A DNA stretch of 64,000 bases. Source: the human T2T-CHM13v2.0 reference genome, Homo sapiens. The notes under the pieces are model-generated. The model was given only the letters and a program-made list of their open reading frames with translations, searched no databases and was not told the DNA's origin. The number at the start of each line of letters is the position of its first letter. Position 1 is the first letter of the stretch. Position numbers and translations under genes: made by a program. Shown here one piece after another: positions 39,203-57,318 of this stretch. The stretch lies in assembly GCF_009914755.1 (NCBI RefSeq), contig NC_060932.1, one strand, 5' to 3'.

Positions 39203-42200
39203 AAAGTGTGATCCTAATGTCATGGTGCGGACTGAATGAAGCAGCACATGGCAAGCCTTAAAACGATCGCACATAGTAGGTGTTCAATTAATGTTAACTA
39301 TATTTCTTTTGTATAATAGTTTATAAAGGGAATTCATGAACACTATGTGATTAATCCTTGGAACAACCCAACAGGTAGGTAAATAAAGCCTAATTTTATA
39401 CCTAAAGAAACCATGCGGCTTAACTTGCCCAAAATAATAATGATTGTAATGAGCACTGGCTGTTGGTTTCTTATGTACTTGGTACTTTGCACGTATTAAC
39501 CCAGTCAGTCCTCCTAATAGTTGTGAGAGAGATAGCATTCTTATCCCCATTTTACAGATGAGGAACCTGAAGCCCAGGTGATAAGTAGTTTATCCAAGGT
39601 ATCATAGCTAGAAGTCGGGTGCAGGCAGTCTGGCTCCAGAGCCCCTGCTCTGTCCGCTGACCTAGCTGACTTCCCAAGAGTCAAAGTGGATTCTTCCCCA
39701 AGACCAACCAATTACAATGACTGAATCAGTCAGTCAACTTCGAACTGGGCTCCAAGAGAGAACGAACCATCATGCCTCTCTAAATCCTCATTTCTAGTTT
39801 GAATCTTCAAGGAGAGATAGACACTAAGTAGCTAGTTTTGCTGGAATGGCTGATTTTATCAATGTTTTCGGTGTGTGAGTGTGTGTGTGTGTATATGTAT
39901 AGAACTAAATTAAACTGATAATTTGAATGCTTACACTTCCATTAGTTCAATTTGTGTATGTGAACCCTCACACACATACATACACACACACAAACTGTTC
40001 CAGAACAGTGACTTAGTGAAAAACTGGATTTCCACTCTGTCAGACAAATTTCGGAAAGCACTGAAGTAGGGCATTTCTGATTGATTTTACCGTTCCCGGA
40101 ATTTTATTTTCCTTTATCACTTAGACCCCTTCTGTGGGGATTTAATAAATAAACGTCTTTTGTAGTGTATGTTATTTCATTTTATTTTTATAATTTATAT
40201 GAATTTTAATTTTAACTTGACAAATAAAAATTATATATATTTATGGCATACAACATGATGTTTCATACGTGTATACATTGTGGAATGACAAAATCAAGCT
40301 AATTAACGCACTCGTTTCCTCACATACTGATTTTAACGTGATGAGGACATGTCTAAATTCTACTCTTATAGCAATTTTCAAGTATACAATACATAGTTTT
40401 ACACTGTAGATGCCAGGCTGTTCAATAGATCTCTAGAACCATTCCTCTCTGAAATTTTGTATCATGAGACTATCATCTCTCCAGTCCCTCCCTGACCCCT
40501 GCCTCGGGTAACCACCGTTCTGCTCTCTACAGCTATGAGTTGCATTGTTTGAGATTGCACATATAAGTGAGATCATGCAGTATTTGTCTTTTTGTGCTTG
40601 CTTTTTAAATCTTTATTATGTAATTATTTATTTTTTGAGACAGGGTCTCAGTCTGTCACCCAGGCTGGAGTACAGTGACACAAACACGGCTCACTCACCA
40701 CGGCCTCCACCTCCCGGGGTCGAGAGTTCCTCCCGCTTCAGCCTCCTGAATAGCTAGGACTACAGGCGTCCAACGCCACACTTGGCTAATTTTTGTGTTT
40801 CTTTTAGAGATGGGGTTTCACCATGTTGCCCAGGTTCATCTCCAACTCCTGGGCTCAACGCTTCCACCTGCCTTGGCCTCCCAAAGTACTGGGATTACAG
40901 GCATGAGCCACCGTGCCTGGCCTTTGCTTTCTTTCACTCAGTGTACCATCCTCTAGGCTCATTCGTGTTGCCAATGAGATGATTTCTTTCTTTTTTAAGG
41001 CTGAATTGTGTTCTATTGGGTATATGTACCGCTTTTCTTTTTATGTTTAATTTTTTTTGGTTTTTTTAGACAGAGTTTCGCTCGCGTCGCCCAGGCTGGA
41101 GTGCAGTGGCGTGATTTCGAGTCACTACAACCTCTGCCTCCCAGGTTGAAGTGATTCTCCTGCCTCACCTGAGATTAGAGGCATGTACCGGCATGTACGG
41201 CTAATTTTGTGTTTCTAGTAGAGATGGGGTTTCACCATGTTGGCCAGGCTGGTCTTGAACTCCAACAATTCTAATTCAACTAATTTATTTTATAGAAATA
41301 TTTATGTGTGAGAAACAATATTTTCAAGAGTCAAAGATTTAAAACTGCTTAATTGTACATCACTAAGTGGCTGGCTAATAAATTATAGTACGTTCATCCT
41401 TACGGAAGAATACTTTGCAGCTAAAACAGAACGAAAGAGAGGAAACTCTTCAAAATGTTAACTGGGAATGACGTTCAAGACTTATTGTTAAATAAAACAA
41501 ATTGAGAAGAAGAGTCGTTTATTGGTACTAAATTTGTGTCAGTAAAAATGGATTCTATACGTGGGATGGTTTATAAGTATGTGGAAAAATTCTTTGATGG
41601 TTTTTCCTTGAAAAAGTGAAACCTAAATCCACTCCGTTTGGATGTGGGCCTATTTACGGTTGTTGCTTCCTAAACATAAACTACGTTTAGGCTGATATTT
41701 CAGACAATGAAACCTTTGAGTGCCCGTAGCGGGAAGATCTCGGTTGCTGAGTGCAGGGAAGGAGGATGTAATTCCATCATATATACTCTCTGTGCCTACC
41801 GCATTTGGAACCATGCGAGTGATACGTATTTATAAAATAACATAAACCAAGCACAAGTACGAACTTAGCAACACTATATTGAGTTAATAGAACGGTATCT
41901 TGTATTTCTTCTGTCCAGGTATACTTATAAATGCCTGCAGGGATTTCACCACCTCAGGGTGGAGAGACTGAATGCTTGTGAGGGAATTAGGATGGTGGAA
42001 TATTGGTGTTACCAGGGAAGGGGGCGGGATGTTTGAAAATGCTATGTTTACTCGTTCTTGGGTTCCAATAAAGGAGAAACAGGGCACAGGAGTCGGAAGG
42101 ACTAGTGGCAATAGTGATGAAAGGACCTCCTTATCATGCTGGCAATGTTAATTACCCAGGTGTAGGAAGCCATACACTGAGGCGGAAGATCGCAAGTCAG

Positions 42201-43704
42201 AGTGGCCGGCAGGCACAACCTTCTGGCACACCAGAGGCAGGTCTTCAATACCCACTGGTTTCCCCAACAGGCTGCGTAAGGGACCCTGAGCCACAGTGAG
42301 TTGGTCAAATGCTCCTGACAGTGTGGAGAAACCAACAGGCAAAACGTGGGTGCAAAAGTGATGAGACCCCACACTTTACACTCGTGGTGACAATGAAGCT
42401 ATTAAGTAACAGCTTCTCAACCTATGCTGTTTCCTGTTGGATGCACATAATCCATTTGCACTGCAGACAATTTTAGGATGTGGTTTACAGTAAGGTGGAT
42501 GGTACCTTATGGCAAAAATCTCTCAGAAATTTATGTGTGGTTTTAAAGTCATTCCAGTCCTAGCACGTTGCGCTTTTCAGAGACGCCATAGCTGTTTTTC
42601 CCTTTGTAATATCAAAGCAGTAATATCTTCTCTGGAGGCCTGTTGGGTGAATTTAATGGAATCAAGTTAAGTAGGTGCCAGAACCATTGCTGTTTTCCCT
42701 CCATAGCCCTGCCACCCACTGTAAAAAGGTTGATGAGATTACTTAATGATTTCCAATTAAGTTGTATTTCCAAATATCATGATTTCCATTTTAATGTAGT
42801 TGGTATGGAGCTCTGTGAGTGTGTGCTTCTTTTATTATGGATCACGTTCAGCTTCTTTTTATTTGCCTCCTAGTCATAATAGTAAAACTCTACTCCTCTA
42901 CTCCGAGGAGTCCCTACCACCCATCTCATCACTTTCCAGCCCAGCACTCTTCATGCTCATTCATTTAAAGCATTCAACATTGTGTAAATGAATCTTGGAA
43001 GGCAAAAGCTACTGAATTTAGCGAATTTGTGGAGGCATTGCCACAAATCAGCCAGGTGAAGTTTCACACAATCGAAGACTGCACAACTCCTAGAAGGCAG
43101 CACTATGCTGCAAACCCAGACGGCCACTCTTCTCACCCCTCGTCCGTTTGCTGTTCTGGATAATGAGGTTCAAAAGTCACCTAGGCAACTGCCAAAATAG
43201 CTGAAATGGAGAAAGGGCTTCAGGCTGGTGACTAGCAGAGGTCCACCTGACCCCCGTAAGCTGCTGAACAAGTAGGGCTGCCAGAAATGTCCCACTAGGG
43301 AATTTGGTAGAGACGAAGACATGCTCACCGGACAAGGGTTCCTCCCAGGATACGCCCGAGCGGAAGAAGCGGGCTCTGAGCCACGCCCTTTCACCCTCCT
43401 CTACCCCGCCCTGGGCTGGTGAAGGTGCGCGCCAGGATGTGGACTACTGAGCCCTGAAGAAATAAGTCCTTCCACTTTGACCCCATGGAGGATTGCCTGT
43501 GAGGAACTTAAACGAGTCTACCAGTGTCTAGACACGGGGGCAGGTCTGTCCGGCACAGCAGCTCCCTCAAGGAGGAGAAGAGTGAGGAGAAAGGAAACTC
43601 AAGTCTCACCATTCTGTCCTGGGAGAGAAGAGGAGGATCTCATCTCTCATCTGTCCAAACAAGGCAAGGAGACTTTCTCTCATCTTTCCAAGCAAGGCAA
43701 GGAG

Positions 43705-44590
43705 ACTTTTTATCATTAGGAAACAAAAAGAATTTAGAAGGAATGAAAGCAGCCCGTAAGGTGAATTCCTAAGGACTGCCCATTGAAACTGACAAAATTG
43801 CCCTTGTTTGATGAGAGGAATGAGCAGAGCATTGATGTGGTGAACAAGGATCTAGTGAGACTTTCCCAGCATGTTTCTACCAAAGCTTTATCTAAGCTTC
43901 TCAGAACACTCTCCTAATAAGCAGATGTTTGGCCTTTCAGAAAGTCAACAAGCAAAATGCCTTGAGTGTCCCAAAACACTGATGCCATGATGTGGGCTCC
44001 TGACTGGCCTCCTTTTCCTTTGACTGGACCACTGCCACCTCTTGGTAGCCATCGCTTTCATGATGCTTTGCCTTCGAGATCATATTGGTGAAGCCATGTT
44101 CCAACTGCCGCTTACAATTTGTCAGAGGGATGCGTCAGGATCGTGATCCCTCCTGTTTAAAATTTCCACTGATAGCTCTCGTCGTAAATCCAGCTGATCT
44201 GGGCACAGTGGTTTTCACAGCCACTGCAGGATTCATCTTCCACATCTTCTCACCTCTTCTTGAAACAAGCTATACATTCGTAAAGAGTTCATTTCTTTGG
44301 GGTAGTGTCCTTACAAGCTTTTCTTAAAACGTCAATGATTTCTTCAATCTTCCACCCAAGCTTCACCATAAATTTGATGTTTCCTCTTGCTGCAATTTTC
44401 GTGGAATTCATGTTGCTTTGATGGGAGTCCTTTTCAGTGGATGTCTCATCCTTCTTAGTGCCTCAAACTAGATCTAGTTCAGAAAGGTTATCAGAAGTTA
44501 GGACAAGTTTATTTTAGTGCAAACCAGTGGAAATCCATGCATAGTTTCTTCACCATGTGCATTTTCTATGAACCTTTGGAAGACCACCTG
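43705..44590 (-). mobile_element. HSMAR2 remnant (array copy)
   Basis: Same sequence. Confidence 0.88.
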
Positions 44591-45128
44591 TGTTGAACAT
44601 TGCCCAAGTCCTGGGAGAGAAGTGGGTGCGGTCCGCTTCCTGTCCTCAATTTGCCCGCAGCGGCGGAGTGCACAGAGCAGGGAAAGGCAGCCCCAGAGGG
44701 ATCCCGCCCTCCAGCATGCAGCAGACTGCTGGCCCAGTCCTGGCTCCAAGGGGTGCTGTGTGGGCCCAAGCAAGTTGACCAACCTCCCTGAACCTTAATT
44801 TAATCCTAGGTAGCCCAATTCCAGTAGCCATTATAGGAATGCCCTGCAGGGACAGTTACTTAACTCAGGAAAAGCAACCTAGCTCCAAGTTTAGCAACCG
44901 GGAGTTCCAGTTGATTCCATTAGCGCACCCCCTGAGGCATTCCCAAGCTGGAGTCTGGTGGAAGATGAGGCTCAGTGTGATTGGACTGAAGCACCAACCT
45001 ATCAAGGAGAAGTCGCACCCAGTCTGCCCTGTGCCTATATAAAGGCGACAAGTGGCGGCCGCAGCACTCATTGAAGCCGCCAGTTGGGAGAGGAGCAGAG
45101 CCAGGCCGGTGCTCCCGAAGGCAGCAAG

Positions 45129-47156
45129 ATGTTGCGAGCCACAGCTCCCTGCTGGTTCCCCCCTGGATACCCAGAAGCTAAGAAGGTGGCCGAGGAGGCG
45201 GCCCTGGAGGCAAGCCGCCATTTGGGAGGGGAGCAGAGCCAGGCCGGTGCTCCCGAAGGCAGCAAGATGTTGCGAGCCACAGCTCCCTGCTGGTTCCGCC
45301 CTGGATACCCAGAAGCTAAGAAGGTGGCCAAGGAGGCGGCCCCGGAGGCAAGCCGCCATTTGGGAGCGGAGCAGAGCCCGGCCGGTGCTCCCGAAGGCAG
45401 CAAGATGTTGCGAGCCACAGCTCCCTGCTGGTTCCCACCTGGATACCCAGAAGCTAAGAAGGTGGCCGAGGAGGCGGCCCTCGAGGCTCCAGAATTCCCA
45501 CTGCCCTCTCATCAGCCTGCCCAGAGCTTCGGGCTCTGGGTGCCCCAGATGCACAAGCAGGCCTCAGCATTTGTGGACATCCAGGCGGAGCCCCAGAACA
45601 GGGGTCCGGCGGTGCCCCCAGCGTGGCCCAAGATGGTGACGGAGTCGTGCTACTTCCCTGCGCAGAGGGGATCGGCCTGCCGCTTGCCAGCCGCCCCAAG
45701 GCTGACAGAGAGGCCCTCGGGAGTCCGCATCTCAGCCCCCAGGAAGAGGAAGACGATCGCCCACTCTTCCAGCCCTTGCTTGGTCACAGGTTACACAGAT
45801 GCCAAGAGAACCCGGGTGGCCAGCAGCAGCCAACGCTCCCGTGGCTCCAAGGTCGGCAGACAGCCAGGGAAGACGCGCAACAGGTCAGGGATGGCATGCA
45901 AGACCACCGCCACCACCAGCTCTAAGCGAATCGTCCGTCGTGCATCCTTACCGAGTTTGAGTTTGAAGAAACCCATTATCCTCCGAAGCTCTGGGTGCCA
46001 AGTCCCCACCGTCCTCCGCCGAGGCTATCTCCAACTGTTCACCGAAGAGTGTCTCAAGTTCTGCGCCTCCAAGCAGGAGGCCGAGGAGAAGGCGCTGAAC
46101 GAGGAGAAGGTGGCCTACGACTGCAGCCCCAACAAGAACAGGTACCTGAACGTGGTCCTGAACACCCTCAAGAGACTGAAGGGCCTGACCCCCAGCTCCA
46201 TGCCCGGCCTCAGCAGGGCCGCCCTGTACAGCCGCCTCCAGGAGTTCCTGCTCACCCAGGACCAGCTCAAGGAGAACGGCTACCCCTTCCCGCACCCCGA
46301 GCGGCCCGGAGGCGCCGTCCTCTTCACTGGCCAGGGGAAGGGGCCCGGCGACTCCTCCTGCAGGGTCTGCTGCCGTTGTGGCACCGAGTACCTGGTGTCC
46401 TCCTCGGGCCGCTGTGTACGCGACCAGTTGTGTTATTATCACTGGGGGCGGGTCCGCTCGAGCCAGGTGGCTGGAGGCCGGGTTAGCCAGTACACCTGCT
46501 GTGCAGCTGCTCCTGGCTCTGTGGGCTGCCAGGTGGCAAAGCAGCACGTGCGGGACGGCCGCAAGGAGAGCCTCGATGGCTTCGTGGAGACCTTCAAGAA
46601 AGAGTTGTCCAGAGACGCTTATCCAGGAATCTACGCCTTGGACTGTGAGATGTGCTACACCACGCATGGCCTAGAGCTGACCCGCGTCACCGTGGTGGAC
46701 GCCGACATGCGAGTGGTGTACGACACCTTCGTCAAGCCCGACAACGAGATCGTGGACTACAACACCAGGTTTTCCGGAGTCACCGAGGCCGACGTCGCCA
46801 AGACGAGCATCACGTTGCCCCAAGTCCAAGCCATCCTGCTGAGCTTTTTCAGCGCCCAAACCATCCTCATCGGGCACAGCCTGGAGAGCGACCTGCTGGC
46901 CCTGAAGCTCATCCACAGCACCGTGGTGGACACGGCCGTGCTCTTCCCGCACTACCTGGGTTTCCCCTACAAGCGCTCCCTCAGGAATCTCGCGGCCGAC
47001 TACCTGGCACAGATCATCCAGGACAGCCAGGACGGCCACAACTCCAGCGAGGACGCAAACGCCTGCCTGCAGCTGGTGATGTGGAAGGTCCGACAGCGCG
47101 CCCAGATCCAGCCACGCCACCGGTCCGCCTCTCCCGCCGCCCTGGCCTGTCCTTAG
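45129..47156 (+). CDS. REXO1L1: REXO1-like exonuclease GOR, 675 aa (copy 4)
   Basis: Intact ORF; protein identical to copy 2. Confidence 0.9.
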   Translation: MLRATAPCWFPPGYPEAKKVAEEAALEASRHLGGEQSQAGAPEGSKMLRATAPCWFRPGYPEAKKVAKEAAPEASRHLGAEQSPAGAPEGSKMLRATAPCWFPPGYPEAKKVAEEAALEAPEFPLPSHQPAQSFGLWVPQMHKQASAFVDIQAEPQNRGPAVPPAWPKMVTESCYFPAQRGSACRLPAAPRLTERPSGVRISAPRKRKTIAHSSSPCLVTGYTDAKRTRVASSSQRSRGSKVGRQPGKTRNRSGMACKTTATTSSKRIVRRASLPSLSLKKPIILRSSGCQVPTVLRRGYLQLFTEECLKFCASKQEAEEKALNEEKVAYDCSPNKNRYLNVVLNTLKRLKGLTPSSMPGLSRAALYSRLQEFLLTQDQLKENGYPFPHPERPGGAVLFTGQGKGPGDSSCRVCCRCGTEYLVSSSGRCVRDQLCYYHWGRVRSSQVAGGRVSQYTCCAAAPGSVGCQVAKQHVRDGRKESLDGFVETFKKELSRDAYPGIYALDCEMCYTTHGLELTRVTVVDADMRVVYDTFVKPDNEIVDYNTRFSGVTEADVAKTSITLPQVQAILLSFFSAQTILIGHSLESDLLALKLIHSTVVDTAVLFPHYLGFPYKRSLRNLAADYLAQIIQDSQDGHNSSEDANACLQLVMWKVRQRAQIQPRHRSASPAALACP

Positions 47157-47720
47157 CCCCAGGCCTCTTCCAAAACCGCCATCAGTCCCGAGAGCTCACC
47201 CTGCCCACCTCGCCGCAAAGCGAAAGAAACTGGAGCAGCCGGCGGCAGGAGAGGGCAAAAAGCCAAGAGTAACCCCAACCCCCCACTCCCGGTCCCCCGG
47301 AATCCCTGCCGCGGCCCCTCGGGCCTGTCCACATCCCTCTGCCCCTCCCAGACCTCTGTCCTTCCACCAATCGCCTCCCGCAGCCCCGAGCCGCCACTCC
47401 CAGTCCCCCGAGTCCCTGCCGCGCGCCCTCGCGCCTGTCCACATCCCTCTGCCCATCCGAGACCTCTGTCCTTACACCACTAGCCACCCCACGTGGGACT
47501 TCCATGGCTTCTGAGTACAAGGCCAGCCCCCCGGCCCACCAGCTTTCGGAATGCCTGCTTACCTCTTTTTCTGTAGAGGCACCACAGGGAGGTGGGTGAA
47601 GCACTTTGGCTCTGGAGTTACAGATCTGGGTTCAAGGCCAAATTCCACCACTTACTAGGTTTGTAATATTGGACAGATAACGTCTTTGCGCTTCTACCTT
47701 TTGGTCTTTAAAGTGTGATC

Positions 47721-51392
<3,672 letters not shown>

Positions 51393-54300
51393 AAAGTGTG
51401 ATCCTAATGTCATGGTGCGGACTGAATGAAGCAGCACATGGCAAGCCTTAAAACGATCGCACATAGTAGGTGTTCAATTAATGTTAACTATATTTCTTTT
51501 GTATAATAGTTTATAAAGGGAATTCATGAACACTATGTGATTAATCCTTGGAACAACCCAACAGGTAGGTAAATAAAACCTAATTTTATACCTAAAGAAA
51601 CCATGCGGCTTAACTTGCCCAAAATAATAATGATTGTAATGAGCACTGGCTGTTGGTTTCTTATGTACTTGGTACTTTGCACGTATTAACCCAGTCAGTC
51701 CTCCTAATAGTTGTGAGAGAGATAGCATTCTTATCCCCATTTTACAGATGAGGAACCTGAAGCCCAGGTGATAAGTAGTTTATCCAAGGTATCATAGCTA
51801 GAAGTCGGGTGCAGGCAGTCTGGCTCCAGAGCCCCTGCTCTGTCCGCTGACCTAGCTGACTTCCCAAGAGTCAAAGTGGATTCTTCCCCAAGACCAACCA
51901 ATTACAATGACTGAATCAGTCAGTCAACTTCGAACTGGGCTCCAAGAGAGAACGAACCATCATGCCTCTCTAAATCCTCATTTCTAGTTTGAATCTTCAA
52001 GGAGAGATAGACACTAAGTAGCTAGTTTTGCTGGAATGGCTGATTTTATCAATGTTTTCGGTGTGTGAGTGTGTGTGTGTGTATATGTATAGAACTAAAT
52101 TAAACTGATAATTTGAATGCTTACACTTCCATTAGTTCAATTTGTGTATGTGAGCCCTCACACACATACATACACACACACAAACTGTTCCAGAACAGTG
52201 ACTTAGTGAAAAACTGGATTTCCACTCTGTCAGACAAATTTCGGAAAGCACTGAAGTAGGGCATTTCTGATTGATTTTACCGTTCCCGGAATTTTATTTT
52301 CCTTTATCACTTAGACCCCTTCTGTGGGGATTTAATAAATAAACGTCTTTTGTAGTGTATGTTATTTCATTTTATTTTTATAATTTATATGAATTTTAAT
52401 TTTAACTTGACAAATAAAAATTATATATATTTATGACATACAACATGATGTTTCATATGTGTGTACATTGTGGAATGACAAAATCAAGCTAATTAACACA
52501 CTCGTTTCCTCACATACTGATTTTAATGTGATGAGGACATGTCTAAAATCTACTCTTATAGCAATTTTCAAGTATACAATACATACTTATACACTGTAGA
52601 TGCCAGGCTGTTCAATAGATCTCTAGAACCATTCCTCTCTGAAATTTTGTATCATGAGACTATCATCTCTCCAGTCCCTCCCTGACCCCTGCCTCGGGTA
52701 ACCACCGTTCTGCTCTCTACAGCTATGAGTTGCATTGTTTGAGATTGCACATATAAGTGAGATCATGCAGTATTTGTCTTTTTGTGCTTGCTTTTTAAAT
52801 CTTTATTATGTAATTATTTATTTTTTGAGACAGGGTCTCAGTCTGTCACCCAGGCTGGAGTACAGTGACACAAACACGGCTCACTCACCACGGCCTCCAC
52901 CTCCCGGGGTCGAGAGTTCCTCCCGCTTCAGCCTCCTGAATAGCTAGGACTACAGGCGTCCAACGCCACACTTGGCTAATTTTTGTGTTTCTTTTAGAGA
53001 TGGGGTTTCACCATGTTGCCCAGGTTCATCTCCAACTCCTGGGCTCAACGCTTCCACCTGCCTTGGCCTCCCAAAGTACTGGGATTACAGGCATGAGCCA
53101 CCGTGCCTGGCCTTTGCTTTCTTTCACTCAGTGTACCATCCTCTAGGCTCATTCGTGTTGCCAATGAGATGATTTCTTTCTTTTTTAAGGCTGAATTGTG
53201 TTCTATTGGGTATATGTACCGCTTTTCTTTTTATGTTTAATTTTTTTTGGTTTTTTGAGACAGAGTTTCGCTCGCGTCGCCCAGGCTGGAGTGCAGTGGC
53301 GTGATTTCGAGTCACTACAACCTCTGCCTCCCAGGTTGAAGTGATTCTCCTGCCTCACCTGAGATTAGAGGCATGTACCGGCATGTCCGGCTAATTTTGT
53401 GTTTCTAGTAGAGATGGGGTTTCACCATGTTGGCCAGGCTGGTCTTGAACTCCAACAATTCTAATTCAACTAATTTATTTTATAGAAATATTTATGTGTG
53501 AGAAACAATATTTTCAAGAGTCAAAGATTTAAAACTGCTTAATTGTACATCACTAAGTGGCTGGCTAATAAATTATAGTACGTTCATCCTTACGGAAGAA
53601 TACTTTGCAGCTAAAACAGAACGAAAGAGAGGAAACTCTTCAAAATGTTAACTGGGAATGACGTTCAAGACTTATTGTTAAATAAAACAAATTGAGAAGA
53701 AGAGTCGTTTATTGGTACTAAATTTGTGTCAGTAAAAATGGATTCTATACGTGGGATGGTTTATAAGTATGTGGAAAAATTCTTTGATGGTTTTTCCTTG
53801 AAAAAGTGAAACCTAAATCCACTCCGTTTGGATGTGGGACTATTTACGGTTGTTGCTTCCTAAACATAAACTACGTTTAGGCTGATATTTCAGACAATGA
53901 AACCTTTGAGTGCCCGTAGCGGGATGATCTCGGTTGGTGAGTGCAGGGAAGGAGGATGTAATTCCATCATATATACTCTCTGTGCCTACCGCATTTGGAA
54001 CCATGCGAGTGATACCTATTTATAAAATAAAATAAACCAAGCACAAGTACGAACTTAGCAACACTATATTGAGTTAATAGAACGGTATCTTGTATTTCTT
54101 CTGTCCAGGTATACTTATAAATGCCTGCAGGGATTTCACCACCTCAGGGTGGAGAGACTGAATGCTTGTGAGGGAATTAGGATGGTGGAATATTGGTGTT
54201 ACCAGGGAAGGGGGCGGGATGTTTGAAAATGCTATGTTTACTCGTTCTTGGGTTCCAATAAAGGAGAAACAGGGCACAGGAGTCGGAAGGACTAGTGGCA

Positions 54301-55894
54301 ATAGTGATGAAAGGACCTCCTTATCATGCTGGCAATGTTAATTACCCAGGTGTAGGAAGCCATACACTGAGGCGGAAGATCACAAGTCAGAGTGGCCGGC
54401 AGGCACAACCTCCTGGCACACCAGAGGCAGGTCTTCAATACCCACTGGTTTCCTCAACAGGCTGCGTAAGGGACCCTGAGCCACAGTGAGTTGGTCAAAT
54501 GCTCCTGACAGTGTGGAGAAACCAACAGGCAAAACGTGGGTGCAAAAGTGATGAGACCCCACACTTTACACTCGTGGTGACAATGAAGCTATTAAGTAAC
54601 AGCTTCTCAACCTATGCTGTTTCCTGTTGGATGCACATAATCCATTTGCACTGCAGACAATTTTAGGATGTGGTTTATAGTAAGGTGGATGGTACCTTAT
54701 GGCAAAAATCTCTCAGAAATTTATGTGTGGTTTTAAAGTCATTCCAGTCCTAGCACGTTGTGCTTTTCAGAGACGCCATAGCTGTTTTTCCCTTTGTAAT
54801 ATCAAAGCAGTAATATCTTCTCTGGAGGCCTGTTGGGTGAATTTAATGGAATCAAGTTAAGTAGGTGCCAGAACCATTGCTGTTTTCCCTCCATAGCCCT
54901 GCCACCCACTGTAAAAAGGTTGATGAGATTACTTAATGATTTCCAATTAAGTTGTATTTCCAAATATCATGATTTCCATTTTAATGTAGTTGGTATGGAG
55001 CTCTGTGAGTGTGTGCTTCTTTTATTATGGATCACGTTCAGCTTCTTTTTATTTGCCTCCTAGTCATAATAGTAAAACTCTACTCCTCTACTCCGAGGAG
55101 TCCCTACCACCCATCTCATCACTTTCCAGCCCAGCACTCTTCATGCTCATTCATTTAAAGCATTCAACATTGTGTAAATGAATCTTGGAAGGCAAAAGCT
55201 ACTGAATTTAGCGAATTTGTGGAGGCATTGCCACAAATCAGCCAGGTGAAGTTTCACACAATCGAAGACTGCACAACTCCTAGAAGGCAGCACTATGCTG
55301 CAAACCCAGACGGCCACTCTTCTCACCCCTCGTCCGTTTGCTGTTCTGGATAATGAGGTTCAAAAGTCACCTAGGCAACTGCCAAAATAGCTGAAATGGA
55401 GAAAGGGCTTCAGGCTGGTGACTAGCAGAGGTCCACCTGACCCCCGTAAGCTGCTGAACAAGTAGGGCTGCCAGAAATGTCCCACTAGGGAATTTGGTAG
55501 AGACGAAGACATGCTCACCGGACAAGGGTTCCTCCCAGGATACGCCCGAGCGGAAGAAGCGGGCTCTGAGCCACGCCCTTTCACCCTCCTCTACCCCGCC
55601 CTGGGCTGGTGAAGGTGCGCGCCAGGATGTGGACTACTGAGCCCTGAAGAAATAAGTCCTTCCACTTTGACCCCATGGAGGATTGCCTGTGAGGAACTTA
55701 AACGAGTCTACCAGTGTCTAGACACGGGGGCAGGTCTGTCCGGCACAGCAGCTCCCTCAAGGAGGAGAAGAGTGAGGAGAAAGGAAACTCAAGTCTCACC
55801 ATTCTGTCCTGGGAGAGAAGAGGAGGATCTCATCTCTCATCTGTCCAAACAAGGCAAGGAGACTTTCTCTCATCTTTCCAAGCAAGGCAAGGAG

Positions 55895-56780
55895 ACTTTT
55901 TATCATTAGGAAACAAAAAGAATTTAGAAGGAATGAAAGCAGCCCGTAAGGTGAATTCCTAAGGACTGCCCATTGAAACTGACAAAATTGCCCTTGTTTG
56001 ATGAGAGGAATGAGCAGAGCATTGATGTGGTGAACAAGGATCTAGTGAGACTTTCCCAGCATGTTTCTACCAAAGCTTTATCTAAGCTTCTCAGAACACT
56101 CTCCTAATAAACAGATGTTTGGCCTTTCAGAAAGTCAACAAGCAAAATGCCTTGAGTGTCCCAAAACACTGATGCCATGATGTGGGCTCCTGACTGGCCT
56201 CCTTTTCCTTTGACTGGACCACTGCCACCTCTTGGTAGCCATCGCTTTCATGATGCTTTGCCTTGGAGATCATATTGGTGAAGCCATGTTCCAACTGCCG
56301 CTTACAATTTGTCAGAGGGATGCGTCAGGATCGTTATCCCTCCTGTTTAAAATTTCCACTGATAGCTCTCGTCGTAACTGCGGCTGATCTGGGCACAGTG
56401 GTTTTCACAGCCACTGCAGGATTCATCTTCCACATCTTCTCACCTCTTCTTGAAACAAGCTATACATTCGTAAAGAGTTCATTTCTTTGGGGTAGTGTCC
56501 TTACAAGCTTTTCTTAAAACGTCAATGATTTCTTCAATCTTCCACCCAAGCTTCACCATAAATTTGATGTTTCCTCTTGCTGCAATTTTCGTGGAATTCA
56601 TGTTGCTCTGATGAGAGTCCTTTTCAGTGGATGTCTCATCCTTCTTAGTGCCTCAAACTAGATCTAGTTCAGAAAGGTTATCAGAAGTTAGGACAAGTTT
56701 ATTTTAGTGCAAACCAGTGGAAATCCATGCATAGTTTCTTCACCATGTGCATTTTCTATGAACCTTTGGAAGACCACCTG
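55895..56780 (-). mobile_element. HSMAR2 remnant (array copy)
   Basis: Same sequence. Confidence 0.88.
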
Positions 56781-57318
56781 TGTTGAACATTGCCCAAGTC
56801 CTGGGAGAGAAGTGGGTGCGGTCCGCTTCCTGTCCTCAATTTGCCTGCAGCGGCGGAGTGCACAGAGCAGGGAAAGGCAGCCCCAGAGGGATCCCGCCCT
56901 CCAGCATGCAGCAGACTGCTGGCCCAGTCCTGGCTCCAAGGGGTGCTGTGTGGGCCCAAGCAAGTTGACCAACCTCCCTGAACCTTAATTTAATCCTAGG
57001 TAGCCCAATTCCAGTAGCCATTATAGGACTGCCCTGCAGGGACAGTTACTTAACTCAGGAAAAGCAACCTAGCTCCAAGTTTAGCAACCGGGAGTTCCAG
57101 TTGATTCCATTAGCGCACCCCCTGAGGCATTCCCAAGCTGGAGTCTGGTGGAAGATGAGGCTCAGTGTGATTGGACTGAAGCACCAACCTATCAAGGAGA
57201 AGTCGCACCCAGTCTGCCCTGTGCCTATATAAAGGCGACAAGTGGCGGCCGCAGCACTCATTGAAGCCGCCAGTTGGGAGAGGAGCAGAGCCAGGCCGGT
57301 GCTCCCGAAGGCAGCAAG